In this document: positions 47,201-59,800 of the stretch, piece by piece
Layout: every line of letters starts with the position of its first letter
Numbering within the stretch: position 1 is the first letter of the stretch
Origin: Obrimoposthia wandeli
Lineage: Eukaryota
Direction of reading: 5' to 3'
Assembly: GCA_977020255.1 (NCBI GenBank)
Contig: CDROCS010001514.1
Coordinates: 434,001 to 498,000 of the forward strand
Length of the DNA: 64,000 bases
Notes under the pieces: generated by a model
What the model was told of the DNA's origin: nothing
The model's input: only the letters and a program-made list of their open reading frames with translations
The model's database searches: none
Position numbers and translations under genes: made by a program

Positions 47201-50200
47201 ACGTAATAGAAATTTTCTTATGGTCTGACTGTATTTGACTTACCACTTTTAAAATCTCTTTTACATGTTTTTGTAATAGCATATGAGTACATATGATACA
47301 TCTTGTTGCTATTATTAGCAAACCCAAGAACTCGCTTAATTTCACTCTAATTTGAGAAAGTACCAAAAATTGTTAACATACATGTGACTAATTAAAAAAA
47401 CGGTTAACCTATTTAAATATATAAAAGTTTATAATTAAATCCATAGTATTTCTGTGTCCGACTACGTTCTTTTTGATAATCTCACGGAAACAAAAGAACG
47501 GCGTGAGACTTTTACAATGTGCTTATTTTCTATATAAATTACTTATTTACCTTTTTGAGCATAGGCTCTACCATGTGTGAGAACGCCTGGTACATGTTTT
47601 GGTCCTTAGAGTTGCGCAAGATCGCCGTCAGAAGTCCTGAAAACCTAGTGTTCTGATTGGTGAGTTCCATCGCCGCTTTAATATGGGCATCCAACACCAG
47701 GGGTCCATTCTGGAGGAATACATATTAAAGTTATCTTTGGAATACAACAAAATCAAACTAACTAAACAAGGAACATTCTCCTTACACTAAAACAGCTAGT
47801 ATAATAGTTTATTAAAATCGATATTTGATGAAAGTTATCTGGACCGAATTTCAAGTGTATCGGTCAATTTAAGACATAATTTTATATTAAGCAAACTGAA
47901 CTTATTTCAAGTAAAAATACTTATAATTTCGGGAAAAATGCAACTTAATATTAGACAATTTCCATATATTGAAAGTAGTGAGCAAACAATCATCAGCTAA
48001 ATATTCAGTCAGTATGCTGCAATATTTAGTTTTAATTAGTAGCGAAAAGTTTGGTAAACGTATGATTTTTAAATGCTATCCAAGTCTAAAGTTTTGCTGA
48101 AAGAAAAAACTTACTTGTGAGTCTGGAGAAGTGTGTCTACAAAATTCCAACTGGATCATACCGAATGACAGCATGGACATCAGAACCACGATCATCAGGA
48201 TCGAGGCAAAAAAGAATGACAGAGCTAATCCACTGCGTTAAAGGCGGAAAAGGATCAAGGTATGTAAAAAAACTTTAGTTATTCATTATAAGTATACAAT
48301 TTTAATTAGTCATAATCAATCAAAAACTGCCTCAATATAACACAACCTCTGACACAACCTCAACAATACACATCTTTAATATGACACATTTAATAATAAA
48401 CAACCTTGATATAACACAGCCACCACATGGCACAGCTTAGATATGACACATCGATTTGAAACACATTTAATAAGATACAACCTTGATATGACACACTCTT
48501 AATATGATACAACCTCAATATGACACAACCTCGATATAACGTAAACACGATATGACACAGTCGATAAGACACCACATTAGTCTAAGATAATGGTACTCAC
48601 GTCATGAGAAAATTGGCGCCAATTCCACGGTTGCAGCAATCAGCATCTTCATCATAGCGCTGACCACAGATTCCAAAACCGAGACCAACCAGATAAAAGA
48701 GCACAATCAGCAACAGTACCGCCAACAAGCCCAGATAGCCAAAGTAGCGGTAGGACTCCATAGACCTCACTGTGGCAAGATCTACATGATTGCTGCTGCC
48801 AGAGCTATTTTGGGCCGGTTTTGGCATGTAGGAGCGGGAGATCGAGACCACTTTCTTCATACCATCGACCAGTTTGGCGAATGTGGATCGAACTTGGGAA
48901 GAAAATGCCGGATCGTTGAGCTGTTTGGTGAGACCTATGTGAGGACATTTGGAGTTAGATAATGTTCAAGAATGTTTCAATTAAACATATATTTCATGGA
49001 ATGGGAAAAAATAAAATGAAAATTAGCAGATAATATAAAACATATATATCATCAAGAAAAAATTTATACAGTACAGCTAAACCAAAGTTAAAATATAAGA
49101 AAACGTTTTCTATTCTTTATTTCTGTTTAATTAATATTTTTTAAATAAATGTTTCAATAATAAACACTAGAGTTCAATTGCACTATTAGCTACTTTTATT
49201 TATAATTAAAAACTTTATTAAGCTTATGTTTTTAAAATATTTTACGAAAATTACAAAATTTTATTTAAAAAAAAATAAGATTGACTAAATAAATAATATT
49301 TATTCAGGTAAAAGATTGGTGAAAAGAGATTATTAAAAAATATTTCTTGCTCAAAAATTGAAATATTTTTCCAACTCTGACCGCTATTTACAACATAATA
49401 TAGTAAGTTTTGAGTGAACCAATAAGAGTTTAGTTAAAGTTTACTTTATTAAAATTTGTTATTTTTAAACAAACAAAAAATAAATTTAAATCAATAAGTA
49501 ATAATTTTCAAAAACTGTTAAATACAAAATCACTCTGATCTATTAATTATTCAGTTGTGCAGAACTGAAATTTTAATGAGATAATAATTGGACCCAAAAC
49601 CCCAATATATATGGAATCATAAAAAAGCCTCAATATCTGACATTTTGAACGTATATAGCATCCACAAGTTTTAAATCTTACGTTTAATTGGTGACTCCAT
49701 GATCATTTTAATGTCTACATCGACATTGGCACTCATCTGAGTGATGCGTTGCAAAAGATCCTTCACTTCCTGGCTACTGGTCTCATTGAGAAGCTTCAAC
49801 AGATGATCAATGAATCCCTGTACGAAGAAAATTCCATAGTTCACATGTATTAAGGAGTCGCCTAATCTTCAACCTAATTTTACAATTTAAAAATGTTAAA
49901 TCTACTCACTCAATGTTTCCATATTGATATGATACAGAAATTTTACCTGTAAAATCCCTCGCATATTAAATCCCGCTACCAATACCTTGATTTCACAATA
50001 TCTTATATTAGGCTCAGAACATGTCATGCTGACTTACAGTACAGATAGTCCCCACTCATTGAGTTTTTTGATAATTCAACACTGGTTTACAAAAAAAGGT
50101 GTGCGGACGTTTCGGATTTTTGAGAATTTTTTTCTTTTAAGTTTAAGACATTTGTTTAAATTTAGTTTATATTTTGTTTAAATTTAGTTTTGTTGAAGAT

Positions 50201-53200
50201 GGTGTTCGTTCTAATAAGTTATTTTGGTGAATTTATGAGATTTTGTGGATCAATACTATTATTTAAAATAAAAGATTTGAGTAAATTTATAAATAGTTAG
50301 TATTAAAAAAATTCACATATTTAGAGAAAAAAAGAATCATTTGAGTAAATTTATTAAAAATTAAGATTTTAGAAAATTCTCATAATATTTGTTGTTTTTA
50401 ACAACAAAATGATTGAAATCTAATTTCTTTCTAATAAATTTACTCAAATCTTTCTTTTTTTTCTAAATTGGCTCAAATTTTTCTTAAAACGAACTATTTC
50501 TTTTAAAAAATTCAAATCTATTTTTTATAATAAATTTACTCAAATCTTTATTTTAATTCTCGGATGACTCTGACCATGTTTGTATGGTTATCTATTTTCA
50601 TACTGAAAATAAATAGGCGCTGCCTTGATTATTCAACAACGTTTGATCCATTTGATAATAACTCCAAAATAGTCCGGTCACACAATGGATTTATAAAGCG
50701 GAGTCAATCAGTCATTTAAAAAAAACAAAAGAATGTTTAAAATATTTCGACGGGAAAAGCATACTAAAACATGATTAATAGTTACTCAAATAAATTACTT
50801 TCAGTTGCTAAACATGCCTGAGCTCCATTCGGAAAATCACTCATTGCTCTACTGAATATATTCACTGAAATAGATGCAAATTCAGCTTCAATTTAAGATG
50901 CATTTCCACTCTATTCGTTCTGTTACGCAATTATGATCACAGCCAATAGTCACCAACTGTAAGAACTTTTGGGAATACAACTTTCGTAAAGCGATTAATT
51001 CAAAATTGCATGGACATTGACAACAAAATGACTCGTGGCATCGTCTTGTTGTCATGACTGTGTAAACCTTTCTGGCCCAAACTGTCAATGTTTAAGTTTT
51101 GCCTAAATTTCTATGCGGATAATATAAAATTTCATTTACCGAATGATAAATATTGAGTTAATTCATATTGCTTTCTGAGCCCAAATACACTTTTGTTCGG
51201 AAAATATTTTTTTATAAATGTTACATTGAGCCAATCACCAAATGACCACAGAAATGTTTTTTCATATAAAAATTAATAATAAATGAAATTTTTAAAATAT
51301 ATTTATTTAATAACATTATCGCTGTAATTAGTATAATTTCTATATCGGAGGTTGATTCTGAAGAGATTATGTAAAATGATATTACGGATACAGTTTATGA
51401 ACTTTTTACTATTTGTTACGCTGTGTTGTGTAGAGCGAAAATATACAATAACCGTACGCTTGCATATGTAGCTTAGTTAAATGTTGCTATTTTTGTGTTC
51501 TTATTCTAAGCCTAACGATATGATTTTAGAATTTTTTATTAACTCATTTTAGAATATCGTCTCTAATCATTTAACTACAAACATTTTCAAAATATCAAAA
51601 GTAAACTACTTTAAAATAATTTAATAAAATCTTCAAACGAATTAAATTGCTTCATTTTACATTAATAATTCAAATTGACCCAAAACCTGACCTTGTCAAT
51701 CTCATTTATGGCTAGTCGATCAGTTTGGTTACGAATAGAGGCACATTGATTTTCAGTGCAGCTCACGATCTTTGACTTAATCTGTTTCTTGACATTCTCG
51801 AGACGCTGACTGAACTTACTCAGCTCATGGTTAACTTGACTCAGCAATTTATTATGATTCGCAGCAGGAAAACTCACAGCTAAAAATAAAAACATTTGTA
51901 TTTAATTAAATATTTACTACTTATATTTATCAGTAGCATATATTATGCAATATTAAGAATATTCACAAAATAAAATTTGGAAAATATTTTTCTAATTTTA
52001 AATGTACCATTTATTAAAGTTAACACTTAAAAACACTTACTTTCATTGAGATTTTGAGTTTGTTTTATAAACTCAGTCCATGCTTTTTCTGATAATAAGT
52101 TTTTGTAGAATTTCATGATTGCATCTGAATGAAGTAATAATTGATTAGTAATATTATTATATAAAGTATAATTTAAATGTTTTGAGACTGTTTTACATAA
52201 TAATTTGTTACGCTTAAAATTCAAAATCAAAAATATTTTAATACAATATTACAAAGAATTTCTTAAAGTTTAGTTATCATAGTATAACTAAACGAAGGGA
52301 AATTATGAAGTTTTATTTTGTCAATATTAACTTTTTTATTAGACTTCAATTGATCAAGAACATTTTCCCTATGGTTAAATGATCATAGATGCAGTAAGAA
52401 AAATAAACTATTGTGTATATATATAATTTGTTTCACGTTTCATTTATATTGTACATATACTTATTTTACAAATACGAATTTTATTTCGAATTCAATATGT
52501 TACAACAATCGTGTAATTACAAATAAAAATAGTTTATGTATCATTCTATTTAAGTTTTATTAAAAAGAATTGTTTATTAATTGATCAATTAACCAAATTA
52601 GATAGTGCAAAAATTAGAAGGTAAATATTTTAACAAAAAGTACAACAACTTCCTCTGTTATTCTTCTGAATGTCAACTGCAAAATTATGTCAACATAAGA
52701 TGGTCATTTGTATTAGCAATCACAGCAGAAACGTAGTGTGCACAAATCAGTTAAATCAATGAATCAGAAATGATTTATCGCGATTTTTACAAATTGCAAT
52801 GGTTAAAAGAGTACTAAATGTGGATCAATAATTTCTATACACACAGTAAAATTAGATAGTCACATAACAATCATTGAAAGAATGTGTGTATATTTGTGAC
52901 AGAACATTATTACTGATGATTCCTTTCATTGTCGTAGTATGCGTTGGTGGTTGATCAAAATTGTTTTATCTCATAATAATCGCTAGATTATCTTGGCTAT
53001 AATAGTAGGAAATAATAGTTTAAATCGATGGATTAGTTGAACTTTCTCTTGCCACAACCATGAATTGAAACCCTAATAAATATTTGTACAATTGAAGTAA
53101 CATTTATCTTATGTACGAAAGTTATACTTACAACTATTGTTAATTTTATGTATAGTTCATATTTTACACTATAATATAGGACTATAACTAAATCTTGGGG

Positions 53201-56200
53201 ACTCAGTTTACTACGAACAAAGAATTGCAATAATGTTTATTTTTATGTTTCGTACGGTTCAATAAAAAAAATACCGTGGACCATTTTTTAATAAATAAAA
53301 ATCAATGAATAAGTAAGTTTCTAAAATCCTGGGAAGGCGAATCCGAAAGATACTTAATTTTTTATTTAGCTACAACATATAATATAAACACGTAAGATTT
53401 TAATGAAATTTGACATGCCATATATTCCAGTTCAGAGATATTTATAATTAAAAGTTTGATGTGTGATCATTTGATATTAACTCATATGCCACCTATCAAT
53501 TCAGTCGGAAAAATTCACTCAATGTGGCATGTCGCTTATCTTCAGTGAAATAAATGATCAATTCGATGTTCGAAAATATTTTGAATAGTGCCCGCATTCT
53601 ACATACAAGAACGAAAAGAATCATCAGCAATAATTGTCTGACACATATTTTAGTCTATCAATGATTGTTGAATATCCAATTATAATTTGTACAGAAATTA
53701 TTGATCCACATTTGTACACCAAATCCGAATGGATTGTGCCGAAAGCAAACTTATTAGTGTCGGCAACTATAGTAAATAGGTATTAATATGTATAATTACA
53801 GAAATGATTCGGAATTTTATATTAAAAAGCCAATAAAAGGTGAGATATTTATTTAAGTTATAAATTAAAATAATTAAATCGTCAAAAATGTTCTGGTTGC
53901 TTGATATGATGATAAAAGTTGATGAACTTCTGGGTCCCGGATTGCAGTTTGGATTATATCCTCTATCTTGATCATAAATTATATTAAGTAGTTTAGAATA
54001 CCAAGAGGGGAACTACATTATCCTTGAATGGTAACGTCTCTACATTTACAACAGAGTTGCGGTTAATTCGAAAATGGTTTGTAAAATAACAGAATATATA
54101 AAATAACCTATCGAAATCTTCAAACATTTGATGGCTCGTAAAAAATATTCTTATTTCTTCGACCGAGAGTATAATCTCCATATATTTTTAGTAAACTTGC
54201 AGCAATATCGTCTTTTCACGAGACTACTTAATTTTATAACACACACTACAGTACACTCTTTTTCTATCTCGTGTTTGCGACGAGGAGTACTGTGAGCATG
54301 GGATCTATGTTGATCGGATGTCCACATTAAGTTGGGCTCCACTTATTTGTTACATAGTCGTAAGTTTTACTATGTATTATTATTAATTTGAATACTATAG
54401 ATTTTCTACGGAATTTTACGACACTATTCAGTTGGATAAGGTGTACTCTTTTAACTATTGCCATTTGTAAAATAGCGATAACTACTTGTTTTTTCAATTA
54501 TATCTAAACTACTATTATGCGGTCTAACAAGTATGATTAGCAAAATATGTAATTAATACTCTAAACAAAAAAGTTGTACCAATGAGTCATCAGATAAAAA
54601 AGATCAGATTAATCATTATTAACTGAAGAATCCAAATATTCGTTGAACAATCACAACACTATGAATTACTGAAAAAACAATTGAGTCGCACTCAACTTAT
54701 CCTGAATAAAGCTGCAGGTTGGAGCTCTGATAAAAATAATGACATAACTGAGGGAAATTGTCAAGCTTTGAACTAATTAGAAAACATATAAATTATTTAG
54801 ACACTTCTAGCTGGTGTTACTTTTAATTTCAAAGAGACTCATATCGATTACGATGCATCAAATTGTTTATATAGATGTTTTTACTTTTTCACAATTTGAT
54901 ATACTTTGCTTAATATTTTATCAATAAGACAAAATAATGCAAAAGATTTTATTTGAAAAAGTATCAAATATTTTTAGAGACAAAAGGGTGAATATGTAAT
55001 ATATGCAATATGTAATTGAGGCCACAAAAATATATCAGCCCTGAGCCAGGTAGGTCTAAATTCGATCTTGTAAGTTAGCATTTCAAATAAAGAGACCGTA
55101 TCTAGTAAAACAATAATTGAATTCAAAATTACTTTTATTAGTCAGAAAAACGAAGTATCAATGAAGTTATTTGAAAGATGTTTCAATATTGAAGAAAATT
55201 AAAAATACATAAATTAAAGTCACACCCTTTAGTGAATTCTTCGCCTAAAAACAAGAAGTGATAATATTTAAATTATGTAATAAATCGCATTATGCATATG
55301 AAACTACAAGAATATGCTCGATGCTTCAAATGCGGTACAAACATTAAGCATCATTATTTCATAAAAAATTAACTATCAACTTGGGCTTTCATCATTATGT
55401 AAATTCAAACTTTAGGTTTTCAACATGTGTCGTTGATTTTAATTTATTATTTACTGATTATGCATTCCAATATTTTTATGAACTTTAAAACATGAATATA
55501 AATACTGAAGTTGCCGTTCTAACATCATGCAAATATCACTTTAACTATTCAGAGTTATAATCGCTTCCACAAAATTAAGAATCCGGGATTTACGTATAAA
55601 AACGTTAAAAAATTGATTGCTCGATTTGAAGAAACTGGATCAAAATTAGATAAACTAATTTCTAGACGACCATTACTTTTTGAAAGTTAGTACATTTGTT
55701 TATGAATGTAAAGGTGAAACATCAACCGAAATAATTGTAGAGAAAACAATTTAATTAAGTGAGTGTGTGGCATATTTCAAAGCACCACTTAAAGTTACAT
55801 TCATACGAATTTGTTAAGAAAATACTGAACATGATCGGTTGTTCAGATTGGAATTTAAATGAAATGACAAGATTATGAATTATGATAAACCTGGGTAAAG
55901 TATTTTTAATGAAACTGTACGTATTTCCATGTGTTTCAAATCGAATTATTGATTTCAACAAAGAAAACTGAATTTCATCAAGATGGAGAATCTTAGACTT
56001 GTCTCATTTGAGGAACAATCAACATCGTCTATATCAAGTTGATTTAAAGATCCAAACTCTATAGAAGAATTTTAAAAAATCACAATGAAAATGAAGTCTA
56101 AAAATTATATTTGAATACAATGAAAAATTCAGAAAAAATCTGAATTGTTGTATGAGTTAACTGGGCATGTATTTGAATATACAATATAAACGTTGGCTTT

Positions 56201-56806
56201 ACATTTGGTTTGTTTTCATTCAAAATGGTTGTATTTTTAAAAAAATATTTTATGTAAAAATAAAATCAAAAACGTAAAATAGTAAATTTTCATTTGAAAG
56301 TTTTTTTTAAAACTTTTTACTAAATTTCTACCTAAGAACTTTTTTCAGTAATTTATATTAACGGATTACAATTAAAATTATTTTCCATTAAACAACTCTT
56401 TTTCTAGTCTCTGAAAATGTATCTCGAATATTTTGAAACAAAATATGCACAATTCAACTGGACACCAATCAACAATCGCTACATCAGAGACAGTTGACGA
56501 ATTTCATAACTCAGATTCCAAATTAGAAAGTCTTTTCACACATCCAACTGAATGCTAAAATTGTTTGATATGCCACAATGTTCCGAGAAATATTTGCAAC
56601 ACACAAATCGACATTTATTCGTCAACTAAAGATTTCTTGTGAAAATGCGTCATTTACATTTTGACTTAAAACTACGAAATAAACAATAAAATACTGATTT
56701 CCACTATTAATCGTCTAGCCTTTAATAATAGTAAATATTGCCCCATTTAATAACGATGCACTGCACGGTGTGTTTAAATGCATGTATAATCGCTACAATA
56801 GTTTTA

Positions 56807-56846
<40 letters not shown>

Positions 56847-59800
56847 ATAAAAACTCAAAATAAATAGTCAAATGAGCTCAAGATTTCAGGGTTGTGACGA
56901 AATGTTTAAAGGTGCAAATAACTTTCTTTTACTTACCTGTCAAATCTTTTCGCAGCATTTGTGATTCTCTGGTTTGAACTTTTGTAGTATTTGCATTTTC
57001 GATTTCCTGAAAAATATAATAAATAAATAAATGTAAAAACTTGAATAAATTTTAAAACATTGACTCATCGTTTTAGTTAGATTATCAACAAATTTCAGAA
57101 TTTCTAAATTAAAAATTCATAAAATCCAAGGTACCCCAGTATTTTATAATGTATATAAAATAACGAATGAAAATAAAACGTATCATTTACTTCGTGCTTT
57201 ATATGTTTTGTTTAAATTAATGTCAATATCATAACTCGATATAATTCTATAAGTTTACTAAGGGCTTCACAGTATATGAAATACTATTGTTACATTTTCA
57301 AGTTTCCAACTAAATCTTTCCAAATGCCAAAAGCTTTAAAGGGAGATAAGATCTAGCCCATTATTTGACCATTCAAGCACCCTATTGTCTTCCAGTTACT
57401 GTAAAACTCAAACTTTCGCAAATTAAGAAAATATGGCAAAATATATTTACTTTTAGATAAATTTGAATAATCAGATTTTATATCCCCGTAAATATTATAT
57501 AATTAAATTTATCTGTTTCCGTTTATATATGGTAAAAATAAAATTGTTATATTAAAATAAAAACTGCATTTGTATATCAATTTTGCCAATATTGAAATTT
57601 ATACTGTCATTTAAAAAAACGCTACAAGAAATTAAAGCTTTTTTTTCCTATTGTGTAACTGATCCAATAAAAGAAATACTTCTTTTTTTTTATTTAAAAA
57701 ATATCAAACTTATTTTAAAATGTCTTAAGTAGCATTAATCACTGTTCAAAATTTTGAATTGATATTGACAGAATAGGTAAAAAAAGCTTTCTTCAACAAA
57801 GCTTTACCTTCCCCTAAAATACGTATTCTTTTTCCGAGTCACTAACAAGTAATATTTTCGAATTTTCAATATTAAAAAACCTCAATCATATTTTATTTTA
57901 TACCTTCATGAAGCTGAGGAAATGTACAGGAAAATATTTTTTTAATATTATTAAAAAAATGTGGTAAACAAAATGATGTTCCAATATTCTATGAAAGCGA
58001 TCAACTGAAAATTAGCGGCTGTCATCAATGCTTATGAAATTTAAAAATAAAAAAGCGTTCAAATTTTAGGCTCTTTAAAAGTAAAATATTTTCATATCAG
58101 AAAAACTTACATTCAACACCAAATTTTATGGTAAACCAATATATAATTAGATCTTTATGTAATGTAATTTTTTTTAAATCTGATAAATTATTGACGAGAT
58201 AAACCTCGAAATAGAATGTCCAAATATGATTACCAAATATTCAAATTAAAAGTCACTATTTCTAATTAAATTTTTTCAATTTATCGAATGATTGTCAGAA
58301 GATTTTATTAAAAGAAAATTCATTCAGTTTTACTTTCATTTAAGTTCAGCATCTTTGGTAAAAGTTATACAATTTTTCACTTTTAAAAATGTTTGTGTTC
58401 AGATCTACATAAATATATCGTATTTGTTGAATATATTATAAAAATTATTATGAAACCCCGCATTTTACAGTCTTTACTATGAAGAAAGTTTAAACCTTGT
58501 CTTAATATATAATCACATCATTTGAAGTCTATTCAAGAATTTCCACTAAAAAAATGAAATTGTTAGATCTGTTAGCTAACAATTATTAGCAAAACTCAAT
58601 TTTCTGATTATGAATATTTAGTCAAACAAATAAGTTTAATGCAAGTTCAAAAGATTACTATAATAGTTCTAAGTAGCATAAAGTCACTAAATAATTTTTT
58701 TTAAATTTGGCCGCGTGGTGACTTAGAAAAAAAGTTATATCTATTTGAACGAATAGGAAAAACTGCCTAATATTGTTACCGATGATTTGTCATACTATGT
58801 AGAGTACTCACCATCTTCATTTGATCTAAGGTTATCTCGAGATCGCGGAGGCTGCCATTTAGACGGAGGAACAGATTAACTGACCGGTCATCGGTGGCAA
58901 TAGACTCGTGTACCACTTGATTGTTCATCAGCGACAAAATCACTCCGAACCTAGGAAAATCCAAGGTAAATATTGGGAATGTATTTTTGATTATTTTTAG
59001 GATCTGAAAATTATTTAGAAGAAAAATACGCATTTCTGACAAATGCAACAAAATGTTTTCAAATAATTTTACCAAGCTATTTAATAATTTTCAGTTTAGA
59101 TGAAACTTGTGCTTTGTAGGTAACTTGATGCAGGGAATGGATCTATCATGGCAGATTTCTCCCAGGACTCAGAAGTTTGGAAAACTGACATGTATACAAA
59201 GTATACAAAATATTTTATCAAACGGAAATAAATAGTAAATTAAATGTCACTAAACATTTTCAATTAACATTTTCATGATCTAAATATTTTTCACAAAATT
59301 TTGATTGTCCTAAAACTGTCACATGTTTTTTTGAATCCGTAGACTAAACTATCAGACTATCAAAAAAGGTTATGTCGGCCGCAGCTGATCGACAAAAAGT
59401 AGTCTCGTCAACTTGCTTTCTTGATCTGCTGTGGCCAATCCGAATGTCGCCTTAATTTCAGCCTCATCCGTGTGAAGATTATTCACGCAAGTATCTGATT
59501 TCATAACATCACCACCACACGCCTTTGCAACGCGGGTATATGTAAGTCGGTGGTGTATCATTGACTATGACACCTTGTACCTGACACCACAGCTCGGTTG
59601 CTGGTATGTGTCAATTCGCCGTCACAGCACTCTAGTCAGATGGCATCCAAACATAAATTTCACTACTTAGTGACAATTTGTTTATTATCATTTTGGTCTT
59701 ATCAAAACATTTCAGAGGTTGATGCTAGTGATAGAGCATTTAAAATTTCAAAACATAGATACTTCCTCGTTTTCTGATAGACTAAAATGGAAAATATAGT

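Noticed and set aside
53690-54230. Possible nested gene or extra prominin exon
   Set aside because: Would need a 22-nt intron or lacks a phase-compatible donor; frames are interrupted
59370-59650. GC-richer 63-aa ORF in prominin intron 3
   Set aside because: No motif or usable splice sites; probably a TE fragment
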